Shown: positions 63,868 to 64,000 of the stretch, piece after piece | Position numbering within the stretch: position 1 is the stretch's first letter | Layout: every line of letters starts with the position of its first letter | Source: an uncultured Bacteroidales bacterium | GTDB lineage: Bacteria; Bacteroidota; Bacteroidia; Bacteroidales; UBA3663 | Length of the DNA stretch: 64,000 nucleotides | Direction: 5' to 3' | Assembly: GCA_902770595.1 (NCBI GenBank) | Contig: CACXTQ010000030.1 | Span: 7,105 to 71,104 of the forward strand | Translations under genes and position numbers: made by a program | Notes under the pieces: generated by a model | Database searches by the model: none | What the model saw: only the letters and a program-made list of their open reading frames with translations | What the model was told of the DNA's origin: nothing

Positions 63868-64000
63868 TGCAACTCAGTTTTCGACCCTACCCGCTGCAGT
63901 TGCAGCATACATTCACAGTGTCTGGTTGCTCTCGCAGCCAGACACCTGATGTTATTATAGCCATCACTCATCAAGGGGTGACGGGATATGGCGAGGCATC
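63868..64000 (+). CDS. dipeptide (L-Ala-D/L-Glu) epimerase, enolase superfamily, N-terminal fragment; continues beyond the right edge
   Basis: The ATG immediately follows the pfp stop. MQLSFRPYPLQLQHTFTVSGCSRSQTPDVIIAITHQGVTGYGEA matches the typical N-terminal capping-domain pattern. Confidence 0.55.

Noticed and set aside
1-64000. tRNA, rRNA, tmRNA, RNase P and SRP RNA genes
   Set aside because: I scanned all spacers longer than 60 nt by eye for T-loop (GTTCRA) and other hallmark motifs and found none. This is not a substitute for tRNAscan or Infernal.

Overview
This 64 kb window looks like chromosomal DNA from a Bacteroidota genome, probably Bacteroidales and Prevotella-like. That placement is an inference from four things: TAnnTTTG -7 promoter boxes 15-35 nt upstream of many start codons, no Shine-Dalgarno sequences, three proteins ending in T9SS C-terminal sorting domains, and the gene content (PPi-dependent PFK, DUF4254+GT9, UPF0210/ACT pair). 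I support about 57 CDS.

Housekeeping blocks:
- 1-12.2 kb: GH29 fucosidase (partial), TonB-dependent barrel, YcaQ-like and AlkD-like DNA repair proteins, RidA, a DnaQ-like exonuclease, a Sel1 protein, redox proteins and an acyltransferase.
- 29.6-64 kb: nitroreductases, ubiE-menA, a T9SS M4 protease, UPF0210/ACT, ugd, holA, ftsE, hisIE-hisF-hisA-hisH, an LptD-like protein, topB, DUF4254-GT9, a LytTR regulator, a Na/Pi transporter, tdk, a glycosidase-like protein, an AICAR transformylase, pfp and a dipeptide epimerase (partial).

Accessory, compositionally mosaic segment (about 12.4-29.5 kb):
- a GC-rich hypothetical gene plus an HTH gene
- a RAYT-like HUH tyrosine transposase
- an AT-rich replication module: AEP primase, PriCT-2/VirE helicase, an XRE-ImmA regulator, and a 7-unit iteron-like array
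- a T9SS cargo locus: a 1173-aa beta-helix adhesin-like protein, a 334-aa cargo and a 53-aa peptide, interleaved with paralogous small membrane proteins and an orphan PD-(D/E)XK-like gene

I saw no rRNA, tRNA or CRISPR array by eye.

The most unusual property is in the noncoding DNA. There are several dispersed repeat families:
- a 230-370 nt element bounded by GGTGAAAAT inverted repeats, in 3 copies, whose internal hairpins differ by compensatory changes
- a roughly 100-130 nt element bounded by ATCACGAATT-type inverted repeats
- REP-like GCRGCC-N6-GGCYGC hairpins inside operons
- short tandem 'words' in 5' leaders

These co-occur with the RAYT-like gene. All functional calls come from motif recognition in the translated ORFs. 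No database search was run.
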